Source: Raillietiella orientalis (taxonomy: Eukaryota). Taken from it: a DNA stretch of 64,000 nucleotides. Every line of letters starts with the position of its first letter. Position 1 is the first letter of the stretch. This document shows positions 39,701-51,180 of this stretch, piece by piece. The notes under the pieces were generated by a model. It worked only from the letters and a program-made list of their open reading frames with translations. It was not told the DNA's origin and did no database searches. Both the position numbers and the translations under genes were made by a program. The stretch lies in assembly GCA_036172245.1 (NCBI GenBank), contig JAYWIR010000010.1, positions 4,402,001 through 4,466,000 on the forward strand, written 5' to 3'.

Positions 39701-41349
39701 GCAAGTTCATCGTCGATGAGATTGACACATCCCAGAACTGTAGGTTGCCGAAAACGAACAAACAAACAAAACTCTTTGGTACACGCTGAAAGAATTCAAG
39801 ATCCAGAAGTTGTTCCTACGATCAGCGATTTGCATTTTGCTTATCCTCCCGAGCGGGAAGTCAGCATTCATTACCTCGTGGACGCGACCAGAATGGAAAT
39901 TCCTTGCGCCAGCGTGGTGCATGATGCGTGTGCGTTCGCATTGAACTATGTGGATGTGAGACTCGTCAGCCACTCTGCCTATGGACGGATGAGAGGTACG
40001 CAGTGCCTCGAGCCGGTGAAGCAACCTGCTGAGGTGTTTCATGATAGGAAAGCATTCCTCCGCTTGCAGACTCGACTAAGAGCAAGAGGATGCCGCGCTG
40101 ATCAGAAAGGAAAAGAAAACAGAAAGCAAGGACGTAGTATTATCTTGGCATTAATTATACGGATATGTGTAAAATGCTCCAAGGGATGACGAAGGAAGAG
40201 CTCAATTGTAGGCCAGACCAAACGATAATTGCACTCTTGGTGGAATAATTAAGTCATTGGCATACACGTTCGAATATTCTCCAGCTTGATGAACATGCTG
40301 TAAGCGCTCTTTCATGCAGTCACTGGTTTTCGGTTCGCAAAATAGAAAACTCCTCCTTCCTTGCTTTTCTTTCCTTCCTCCCCATGCCTAATAGGTCTCT
40401 TTTCTTTAACCCTTTGAGCGCTATGGACGCATCTCGTGTTTAGCAAATGCTTTTGCCTTGTCCACGCGACACGTGTTAACACTATCCATGTTTGAGATGG
40501 ACACATGCACTTACGCTCTTATAATTCAGTCCCTTGGCAACGACAGTAAACAAAATTCTATTTATATCGGCTGACTGTTGTCGGTGTTCCTCGGTATGGC
40601 ATGTGATTTATCATACCGTTTACCATCTTTGTGATATCTTGAAAATGTGAATCAGTTATTGGTTTATTCGAATTGTAATTTTTATATAAATAATATATGT
40701 TTGGGGAAAGTGAAAATATTTTATTTAATGTGGCGTAAATGAACAATTACAATAGTAACTTCATGTTAGTCAGTCTGCACCTCGACGGAGCACGCGGTAC
40801 GCGAAAAAGCGTTCCGTCCAACCGCGACTCGCGTGCCGTCAACACGGAAGGTCAAAATCTGATGAGTCCCTCACCCAAAGGGTTAAAATTCTAGGGTAGG
40901 TAGCATCCTCTGGCATTAGTGTTGGATCATTTGAACGCTTTTTGACTCTGAAGCAAGCAACCGTAATGCAAAATATTCAAAGGGCAAACAGTAACGGATG
41001 AACGAACTGCTTTAATCAATTACCTCAGAGATCAAAAGGCGCTCGGAGAAGAAGTTCTGTTCATCAATTCCAAGCTGGTGCGCTGCTCAAGGTGTGGCGC
41101 GCCAACAGCCTTTCTCCTGTAAGTGGTGACAGCAGAAGTGATTTCGATTCCTTCTTGTACAGATGAACGAAAATTAGATGAACGAAAATCGGCTGACTGC
41201 AAATGGTCCAACTGCAGGCGAGAGAGGTCACAGAATCAGTTCCTGATCGCTTCAAGATGTCACGAAAGAACCTCTCGGCCACAGGCTACTCGTATTTGCT
41301 GATTTTCGTTGTTCTGTTCCTTCATGCAGCGATGGACCTGATAAACAAG

Positions 41350-43940
41350 AAGTGAACGCACCCAGTTACGAAGTTCTTCTCACAAGCCTTCTCCTGGAAT
41401 GACCAAGGAGAAAGGAGAAAGCTCGGAGACAACGTGATGCCCGCTAGGCACCGCAAGAACAAATCCGGCGTAATGATCTCGACCTACTCTGTGGATGGTC
41501 CTTGTCACTCAAGAAGCAAAATCATTTTGCAGAAAAGATGAACTCCTCGAAATTAAGACCCTGGGATCCTCCTTCCAAAGTAACCCATCCTCTTGGGATC
41601 GGATAAGTGAAAGGAAAGGTTGCACAGAGAAATACAATGGAAACGTCGTTGCCATTTGGACCGTGATCTCAGTTTGCTCCTGCAGCCCTCTTCCGTTCAT
41701 TCCTTTGACCCCTGGACTTTCCAGGACCTCACATTGCCTCCACCAGTGACATCACATTATAAATGTTGTGAGTGAAATTTCAAAGCCACAAATTGTCTGT
41801 TTCAATACTTCTTTTGAGGTGAACATTTTTGGTCCGTTATTCCTGGATGGAGCATCACATATTTATGTAACATCCCACCCACCCGTGGCATCCACGAAGC
41901 AAAGCATGCCTTCGATTTTCTTCCAAGGATAAATGCTGGATAGAATGGCCTGCGTTGGTGTGCCGCGTGACTGTGGCCCCCGAGCGCGGCAACGAGGGTT
42001 ACGGGTTCGAATCCCCACGTGGAGGATCGACGTGGGTTCCTCAGGACGACGCCGGTTGGCCTGTAGAATTCGGGTGCGCCCCTGGTGGAAGCCGGATGCC
42101 CCTCCGGGGCTCTCCTAGGAATCAAGGAGTCCTTAGGGGTTCCCCTCCGGTTGTGAAAATGGAGCTGTACCAAGGAGCCTGTTGACATCCCATCCTCGGG
42201 GGGTTGCCTCTGCAGTGTGTTAAGAAGCGCGCTGCTCCCTTCAGGGAGCGCCTTTTAGAGAAATTGGGAAGCGTCCCTTCGGGATTCTCGTCAGAGGAGG
42301 AAACAAGGAGTGAATCCTTTCCGGGGGTTCCTCCAGAGAAGTTCAAGGAGCGAATCCTTTCCGGGGGGTCCCTCCAGAGAAGAAGTTCAAGGAGCGAATC
42401 CTTTCTGGTTTCCCTTCGGAAAAGAAAAGAGGACTGTTTTTTTCCGGGGAGTCCCGCCATAGAGAACAAGGAAGAGGTGGTTCCCTTCGGAATTCCCTAC
42501 CAAGCGTAAGAGAGGGAAGGACTCCTTTCGGAGCCTTCCTGGATTCCTATAGGGTGATCCCTTCCGGAGTACCCCTTATAACTTGGAGAGTCACGCTCAA
42601 CCTCGGGCGGCGTGGACAGCGTCAAAGAGCTTCGTGAGCCCCCCGCATGGGGGCGAACGGCTTTTCAGCACTTTGTGAACCAAAAAGAAAACAAAAGCTG
42701 GAAGGAACGCAGCGGGAATGGAAGAACTAAAGGATCTCCATCAAACCGTGACCCGACGGCGGAATCTTGGCAAGGCAGGAGGTGACATGCTACAAGCAGA
42801 GAAGAAAAAACTAAGGGCGGCATGATCAAGATGGTTGTTGCTTTGCCAGATGGTTTCCCTGGTGGAGGAGAACACCTGAATCTCCTGCCTCCCCTCGAAC
42901 TGCATGACCTGGCCCCAGGAGTCGGTCTTCGCCTGGGGAAGATCCATGGCGCGAGCGAGGCAAGGTACGCCTGACTGAAACGAGGAATCAACGCTCTCAA
43001 GTCGTCGGAGGAGATCATCCGCAACCCATTGAAGATGCGGTGGGCCTCGTCTACCCTTTTTGCCCCAGTGCTGCCCTTCCTAAGGAACGCAAGGGACAGC
43101 GTGATTCCGGCGAATTCGGAAGTGACATGCTGCATGGCAGCAAAAACAAAACTTCTGGGGAATTGGACAACTCGAAGAGTGACGGAGGCAGCGACCCCGA
43201 GTGTCCCGCCGAAAGGACTTGTACGCTGGAAAGAGCTGCTCGGCATCCCTCCGGAGGAGGTGAAACAGCCTCCAGCGTGCTGGAACGGTGGCGTCTTCCC
43301 CCTCAAATGGCGTTGTTGGTGTTACATGGGGAAATCCCTTGCAAAGTGCGCCCTCACTACTGGACATGGGGAAGCATGGACACTCAGAGTGCGGCAGGTG
43401 CGGAAAGAAGGAGACCCTCCCGCAACTGCTGCAGAACTGTACTGCCTCCGACCTCTTTGGGGTCGCTTCACGACAATCCTAGGTATCCCGATGGGCAGTC
43501 CCAGGGACATCATGAGACACCTCTTCATGAGTGCTCCTTTACCGCCGGCCGCGTTCCTCGCAGTCGTCTACTTTTCCACAGGATCATGGTGACCTGGAAA
43601 GCCAGAAGAAGAGGCCGAAATGGCAGGGACGCCACATCCACCGTGCGCGAATCTTCCTGAAGATCTCCACGAGATGGCCCTACCTGGGTGAGACACGGAT
43701 AGAACTTGACAGCATCTTGTGATCCCTTTCTTGCTCCCCCCCCTTCTCCATGCAAAATTTCTCCTTCCCCTGTTTTGCGTGTTTATTTTTTGTGTGTTTT
43801 GTTTTCCTTTCCCCCACGCTGCCGAAGCGGACCTCGCCGGTCTGCTCATCTCTCAGCCGCAGGGTCATTGCGCGTGGTAGAACCAACGGTTCTACTACAC
43901 CAATGTATTTTTATTACCCTACATAAGAAATGTTCCGGAA
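41350..43940 (+). mobile_element. Decayed L1/Tx1-like LINE ORF2 3' portion, interrupted by SINE copy C
   Basis: LEIKTLGSSFQSNPSSWDRISERK resembles the post-RT 'K.LG..F...W..I..K' segment. KTKGGM follows the SINE. ECGRCGKKETLPQLLQNC is a C-terminal zinc-knuckle-like motif (C..C...E...HL...C). The pyrimidine-rich 3' UTR is similar to that at 21.0-21.2 kb. Confidence 0.6.
41947..42696 (+). mobile_element. tRNA-headed SINE-like element, copy C (longest hairpin array)
   Basis: Starts GGCCTGCGTTGG, B box GGGTTCGAATCCCC, A-rich tail AAAAAGAAAACAAAA. Flanks ATAAATGCTGGATAGAAT / ACAAAAGCTGGAAGGAAC match at 13 of 18 positions (candidate TSD). Confidence 0.82.
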
Positions 43941-46900
43941 TAGCTGGGTGATAATGATCACTGATGATGAATTTAAGTGTCTTTGGTTGAAGAATAGTGA
44001 ATCAATAAGTGAATCATATTAGTATCATCGTCTTTATGTGACGTAATGTATATTAGCATCTTATATCATCTTATGCGTTCGATGAAATTCTTATGCCAAA
44101 TTATGCAGAAGTAGGGATGTGTAGAATGATGCTCCGAATGCAGCGTTTAAGGTACGAATCCTACGTCAGAGTACCGCATCATAGTGATTTTGCTTGCCTC
44201 TTTCTTGCGCCACTCAATTCCAGCATGAAAACCCGAGGAATGAACCAAAAAAAAAGATGAGAGCAACCAATTCAAACAAGAGCAACAGTTTTTACAGCAC
44301 CAAGGATTTGGTTTCCGGATTCTCAACCTATTCTGTAGGCGCTCGTGTCACGCGTGCGCGTCTTGCTGCGGATGTTCTCTGGAAGAGACGTCATCTGGTT
44401 GAATCGCTCCGGGACATTCTAGAGCTTCTTCCATACTGGCTTTTTAAAGTGGGTGGCAAGCTTCCTTTTCTTATCTTCCCATCTCACGGGGCTATGCCGG
44501 ATTATTGCAGTCCCCTCTGTCCCCTTGGTCGCGCGGCAGCCTCCAGACCGCCGTTTTTTTCCTTCGAGCAACACGCACCGTTTGTGAGTAGGGATAATTC
44601 GAATCCGAAGTACCCAAGTTTCATTGGGCGCGCTTTCCCTGATCACAAGAGGCTCAGGGACACATCTTTCCTCCTCGCTGCACCAACCGAAATAGGCCGC
44701 CAGCCTGAATTCAACAAGAATGACGTAGCAAACGCGCCATGCTTTGTGCTTTCCTTTTTTTGGGTTTCGAACCCGACACTGGCTCCGCTCTTCGCGAGCT
44801 GAAGTGCTGCTTCGAGATGCGCTAGGAAGGGCACCAGGACGACTGCAGCAGAATGTGATTTACGAGGTAGCAGAAAACCTCCAGGGAAGCTGGAATGACC
44901 CGGAAGGTCGACTCAGTTGAGGAAAATTTCGCTCCTTTGTGGCGAAGGCGTTTCCTGTGCCTCCTGGCGACGTGGGTTAGCGACTAAAGGCGACATCAGA
45001 AGCCCTTCGGATGCTTAGGAAGCTGGGCGGAAAGCCGCAAAAGGATCTACGGAAGGGAGCGTGCCTTCGTAGGGCCTGCAGGTTTTCGTAGGGAAAAGAG
45101 CACATGAAAGAGGCGAGCCGGTGATCGACCGGATGCTTCGTTTCGGGACGGGAGGGCTGATGCACTCACAGGCTGCGTGGCAACGGCCGCCCGCCACGGA
45201 AAAGGGTCGAGGAGGCTGTCAGGCCCACCATGACGGAACGTTGGTTCCCCGAATCCGTCGAAACGCCTCTGCAGCGCTTCATCCGAGAGGAACCTACCTG
45301 AAAGTGCCATTCGCATCGGTCCTCGCAGCTTCTGGACCAGAGAGCTGCCTGCCTCCTTACTGAATTTCGCTGCGGACAAGTCGGTCTCCTGGCTGCCACT
45401 GGATCCAGCATTCGAATAAGCGACTCATCTCGAAACTGCAGGTCCGACTGCAGTCACAGAAACAACACGCCGGACGAGGAAGCAGTTTGACGACCGCGTC
45501 AACATGAACAGAATGTAATGAGGAGGTCGTCTCGGACGCTTTTCGTCTCCAGATGGCAAATCCTGGCCGTAGAGTGGACCGGTAATTTTTACTGCACGAG
45601 AATCTGATGGGAACGCAGCAGTGGGTGTTGGACGTTTAAGAAACGCCAAGTGGTCACACCACGGGGCGTTGATGGTACTACGGAAAAGGAGGGATTTCGA
45701 GAACAACAAGGTTCGAAAAGAAGCATCTGGTGGGTTTCCAGCTTCGCAGACGCCATGACCGGGCGTGGAATGTCCAGTTCCGCTCCAGGGCATCCCTTTG
45801 ATGACGACGCTCGTTGCATCTACCTCCATGCAGAAATGAGCATTTGCTCGGACTTTCAGACGTTCCATTGCAGGCACTGGGCGACAACGGCAGGAGTGCG
45901 TAGCGGCTCAGAGCGAACACACTCGGATGTGTACGTGCACACTGTTGGAGTCGACACGATTCCCATTGCAGCACGTCGCAGGCTGAGCTTCCGAATGGAG
46001 CATGCCGGAGCCTTATTTCGATGAGTCGGGAGAAACAATCATCCCGTCCTCGAATGTGCAAAGAAGGACGGCAGGAAAGGATGACGAGGCTCAAGAGTAC
46101 ATCCAAACAAGGCAGGCGCTTTCGTCCTCCTGTAATGAAAAGAGCAGCAGTATAGGTGGGCGTCGGGAGATGCTCACGGCAGGAAACATCATGTATCGGC
46201 TGAAGCTTGTCTTGCGGAAGGAAACACAATTGCGGAAATCGCATTTCCATCTGGTGATTTGTGACCGTCGATCCTGCACCCAAGCACATGCACATTTTAC
46301 GCGAGAAGTGCCATTATGTAAAAGGCAGAACAAGATGCTGGTGGAGGCATCTTAGCATGCTGTGAAAGAGTGGCTGGACCGTAGATAAACCATGTCTTTG
46401 GGTTACCCACGGTCTTCGTTTATTTGTTTCATTTTTTGTGAACGGTCATTGCAAGAGTGACTGAAGAGTGTGTTCAAAAGTGGGCAACGATTATGAGAAG
46501 ATTAACATGCGCTAAGGTTTTAGGGAAAAAGAGAGGAGGAGGGGGATGCACCAGTAAAAAGCCAAGTAGCTTATTCGCCACGGAGATTACAAGTGAAACT
46601 GTCAACTCGTGCAGATGGAGGGTCTCGTGCAATGAGGATATTTGTATTTTAATCGCAATCCTTGAGTGTTTGACATGCGGGCACACTGAAGAACGTACTT
46701 ATGTCTAACCTAAGCATTAGCAATTGTTTAGAGGCCATACTCAAGCCGAAAATAGAGGTACATTAACGTGTACTTTATTATGCTTTGAACACACGGAAAA
46801 AACGTATTCGTGCTGATCTCAAGCGATTGGTAGTTCACTGTCTATTCAATCACGTTCTCACACCGTTAAAGTGATGTTGTCTCTCATTCTTATCATTGAT

Positions 46901-47456
46901 GCTACTATTACCATCATCATCCTTAAAACAAATGACCCTCATGAAATTCAAAGTGAAAAATAACTGACTCGGTTTTTTTCGAGTTGACTTTGGTGCGTGC
47001 GTCACGAAAACATTTCATGATACGTCGGTCATCTACCCATCTTTTAGTGAACGTACAGTACAGTTGTTAGCTGGTGCAGTTGTTTAGGGAACTAGTAGAA
47101 AGGAAGATTGCTATCGAATCGATTTGATTTCATTTGAATAAACTATATAAATCCATTTCAGAGAAAATATTTGAAATAAGACTGATAAGTGACTTTATAA
47201 AAGTGAGGATTCATAGGACGAAGACGAGAGGTAGGAGGATACGGAAGTTTGTGAAACTTTATGCAACTAAATGACAGTAGACAAGGAAAAGGACAGAAAC
47301 ATCCGCAGAGAGTATTCGAAAGACTTTACAAATTGGCTCTGTTATGTCTGTCTGTCTAGAAGGGAAGCGGAGGGACAAAGTCGAAAACAGGCAGAAAATG
47401 ACTAAACGTTGGTGCCAGTTTTTAATCCGTAAAATCTCGAACGACCAGCTGATGGA

Positions 47457-48290
47457 GTGCCCGCGTCGGAAGTGGTGTGGTTGCAGTGGTCTCCGCCCGT
47501 GGCGCCACCAAGCGTCGCGAGTTCGAATACCTCGAAATGAATCGACTCTCAGTGCGTCGTAGGTTCCGAGTTTCTCCTGCAAGATCTCTCGCAGTCTACA
47601 CTGGTCGACCTCCGTCCATTCGGGTGCGGCACTGGTAGCGGTTCAAACCGGATGCCCCCCATGAGTGCCGGGACAATGGGGAGTCGACCGTCAGGTCTTT
47701 CCAGGAATCAAGGAGTGCGAGCTCCCCTCCGGTTGTGAAGGAGTGGACCCCTCATTTCGGGGGGACCCTCTGCATCTTACTGATGAAGTGGGCGTGTCGC
47801 CACCTCTCCAGAGAGTGCAGAGAAGCGAGCCGATCCCTTCGGGGAAGTAGCTCCCTTCTGAATTTCGGAAGCGTCCCTTCGGGCTTCTCTCCAGAGGAGG
47901 AAACAAGGCCGGTTCCCTTGCGGGGGATCCCTCTGGAGAAGAAATTCCAGGAGCGGATCCTTTCCGGGTTTCTTTGGGATAAGAAAAATGGGGGAGGACA
48001 CCCCTCTGAGGGTCCCTCCGGAGAGAATAAGGAAGGAGATTCCCTTCGGGGTTCTTCGGAGACAACCAGGGTGGAGGTAATCTCCATTTACGGGGATCCC
48101 TCCCCAGGCGTGAGAGGAAGGGATTCCGAGTCCTTTCTGGATTCATAGGGCGAACCTCTCCCGGGATGCACCCTATCTTGGAGAATTACGCTCACTCTCG
48201 GGTGGCGTGGACCATGTCGAAGAGCTGCAAAGACGGCATATTCCATCATCCCACCAGCTGATGAATGGTTTCGCGGTTACTTTGAAGCAT
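47457..48290 (+). mobile_element. tRNA-headed SINE-like element, copy D (3' end diverged)
   Basis: A-box-like TGGTTGCAGTGG and B-box-like GAGTTCGAATACC about 30 nt apart. Shares TTCGGGTGCGGCACTGG, CTCCGGTTGTGAA, GGAGCGGATCCTTTCCGGG, CTGGATTCATAGGG and GGCGTGGAC..AAGAGCT. Confidence 0.78.
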
Positions 48291-51180
48291 TAAATGTTCG
48301 AGCAGCAAAGGTGAAAGAAGCGGTTCTGGAACCTCGACTGAGAAATGAATCGGTTAAGATCGGATTAATGACCGGTTTTCCACAGGGTTATGGGAATTTT
48401 CACTACATAAGGACTAGATAGTCTATTATGTAACATACTGAACTGTGTATGCTGAAGAAAGAAACAATGAAATGTAGAAGAATTGCAAGTGGGGAAATTC
48501 AGAGTGTATTGTAGAAGTGGTATGTAAGATATTTCTCCACAGTAGTAATTATATATAGTAACTAGAGGCGCCGTTGCTGCTGCAACTATCATTGAGATTA
48601 CAGTCTCGTACAATTCATTAAGAGATGCAAGAATAATTGTCTTAAACATTGCTTTGCAGCTTTTGCAAATCATGCGGAAATTGTTTCTTTGTTTTGTTTT
48701 ATTTTTCATTTCCTAGTCTAACAAACTGGCGGAAGAAGGTAACTTGAATTAGGAAGTGTTTACCGAAGCCCGCAGGCAATATACGGATGATTCTTGAAGG
48801 CAAAAACAAAACGAGAACATTCTAAGTTCCATCTACGGAAATGAAACCAAATCAGCTATTATCAGCAAACAATTCGTGGTCAGGTGAGAAACCATAGAGT
48901 CAACTGTGACCAAGTTAAAAGGAAGTGAGATTCTAGACAGAAACGTCATGGTGATGATGTGACAAGTTCCATCAAAAACAACTTACAAATGACCACAGTA
49001 AACTTGATGCAACGGAGGCTTGTTTGCGGATTCTGTACAAATGATGGGAAAGTTGAAACACGAAGAGATACCCAGGAATTTATAGCTCATTTCGAGTAAA
49101 GCTGGCTCGAACACATAACTAAGAGTCACGCATTCAAGGCAGAGCAGAGCACACTTGCATATGCACAAGCCAGGTCACTTCAGTGTGCTCAAGAAAGGAA
49201 AAAAAACAAACATATAAGCATGCATGTTTCCAAATGAATTCAGACAGGGACAGCGTTGAGCACAACGTACAGGAGAGAGCACGCCTTCGTGATAACGGAA
49301 ATTGTAAGGGCGTCGAATGGAGTTTCGAGTGACACCAAAGGTCCGCAAACAGCAGTGCCTCAGTGAAGGGCAGAAAAAAAATCGAGTTCTAAGTCGGTAT
49401 CGCTCTCCTCCCTCTCTTTTCCTGACCGCAAAATCAACATGCATCTACAGGTGTAAAGCATCCATATGCGAAACATTAAGCTTCAGGGTCGCTTTGCAAG
49501 GACAGTGCTTCTTACTCCAAGGTGACCCCACCAGAGATGGTCACGAAAAGGGGTATTCAGTAACTCAAGACAGGTCACGAAGTAGATTTCCAGTGCACTG
49601 AATGATCCATTACAAAACACCATCTTCCGGAGCCGGAAAAAATCAGATGGAAAGAGGAAAAACGCATCGAACTACGCGGCCCAAAGGACGTGTGAAGGGA
49701 CGGCACCTGAAAAAATTCGCCAAGACTATTCCAGCGAAGCCGCCAGCTGCACGACTAATGAAAGATGAGATCTGCTCCACAACATCGTGCAACTGGGATT
49801 CTGAGCTTTCCGCTTGCAGTTGCAGTGGGAGGCACGCGACGGAAATGCCCACGCCCAGAGGTCTTTGCTCAAAATATAGCGAAATGCACGAGAGGAAAGA
49901 GACCACTTCCGTGGTGGTGGGCAAAAACGAGATCGGCTTTACGGTAGGGAGAGACGGAAGCACTGTGACCTAAAGTGATGGTGACCACTCGATCACTACC
50001 TTCGCGAAACGTGCGAAGGAAACGCTCGCACAGGCATTTTACATTCCGTCTTCTACACAATACTCTCTACTCCCCAGTCTGGTGCTCCACAAGCTAATTC
50101 GTTCCTATCAGTTTTCGCCAAAAGGCAAACCGAAAGCGAAACAACATTCATTAATCACCCATGCAACGCCATTAATCTCTCGTAAGGCAAATACGGCAGA
50201 ACTTCAACGGAGGTCAAGACCTCTTGAGGATTTTCGAGTTCACGATATCGTGAAAAATTCCAACTGACGAACGTGACCTACAAACTCCTTGTGACTTTGG
50301 TAGTCATCCAAACAATTTTGAGCATCCCTTGTAACCGGTGTTTATTGCATTGCTGCAGCGATGCCTCCATATGCAAGTAAATAGCGCTGGACATGCTGGA
50401 CAAGAATTCCGGTGATACGAAAATTATCTTCCCGCTGGTTATTTCGAACTTCAAGTTGTCCCTTATAATTCATTTCCTTTCCAGGAGTTACCCTTTTCCC
50501 TGTACCTAAGCAACCAACCGTTAAATCCTTACAGGAATCGAGGAGTGGGGAGTTCTCCCTCCTGTCATGCCAAAGGAGAGGGGACCCCTCCGATTCGTTC
50601 AAGATGGAGCAGGAGCCTTCACAGGCACCTCTTTCCAATCCTCCTGAACACGCTGAAAAGCAAATTTCCAAGGATAACCGAGCTTTGAAATTCCCGGCGC
50701 CTTCGCCTAGGAAAACTTTATTCGCATGGTGAAACTGAATTCTTTAAGGTTCTGCAAGACGCAAAATTTTTCCAAACGACCATTTATTCCCCCTCCCCCC
50801 TCCAAAATCCCTCATTTCGAAATCAGCACTCGATTCGGCTCGCATGCGGGAATACTCAACGTCGGGTGGGAAAGTCTCCGCGCCTATCACCACCGGGATC
50901 TACTTCCGGGGATCTTCGGACGAGATTCCGCACAACCCGGGGTAAGATCTCACTCCTTTCCCCTCAACTGCCACGCAACTCTTTAAGAACGTATTTTTTT
51001 TTTTTTTTTACATTCGAGCAAACTTTCGAACAAACAGCAGACACCCGAACACTGCACGGCCACGTTCGGCGCTCCCGGCGATTTTGACCACGTGAACGAA
51101 ACCCACAACCATCGAGTGGCGTTTCCCTTCCGCGTCGCTTGGGTTTTCAGGAAACTCCATCGGAAAACGGTTTCGAAGGA

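Noticed and set aside
40850..40900. CTGATGAGTCCC...GGG resembling a hammerhead ribozyme core
   Set aside because: No CGAAA after stem II and no plausible stems I/III.
42265..42296. Minus-strand CTGACGA + hairpin inside the SINE (hammerhead-like)
   Set aside because: No single copy has both CUGANGA and a correctly placed GAAA, so it is probably a by-product of purine linkers plus hairpins.
42583..42666. HDV-like ribozyme at the SINE 3' end (hairpin + CGAAC + possible P2 pairing)
   Set aside because: No P1/P1.1 or 3-bp P3 with 7-nt L3 could be built, and a simple local hairpin explains the pairing.
44200..46360. Possible DNA-transposase remnant or gene
   Set aside because: Only vague motif resemblances with many stops, and no family could be assigned without a profile search.
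48900..50990. Possible exons, or a decayed minus-strand SINE copy, downstream of ppan
   Set aside because: Splice phases could not be reconciled and similarity to the SINE is limited to a few short words.
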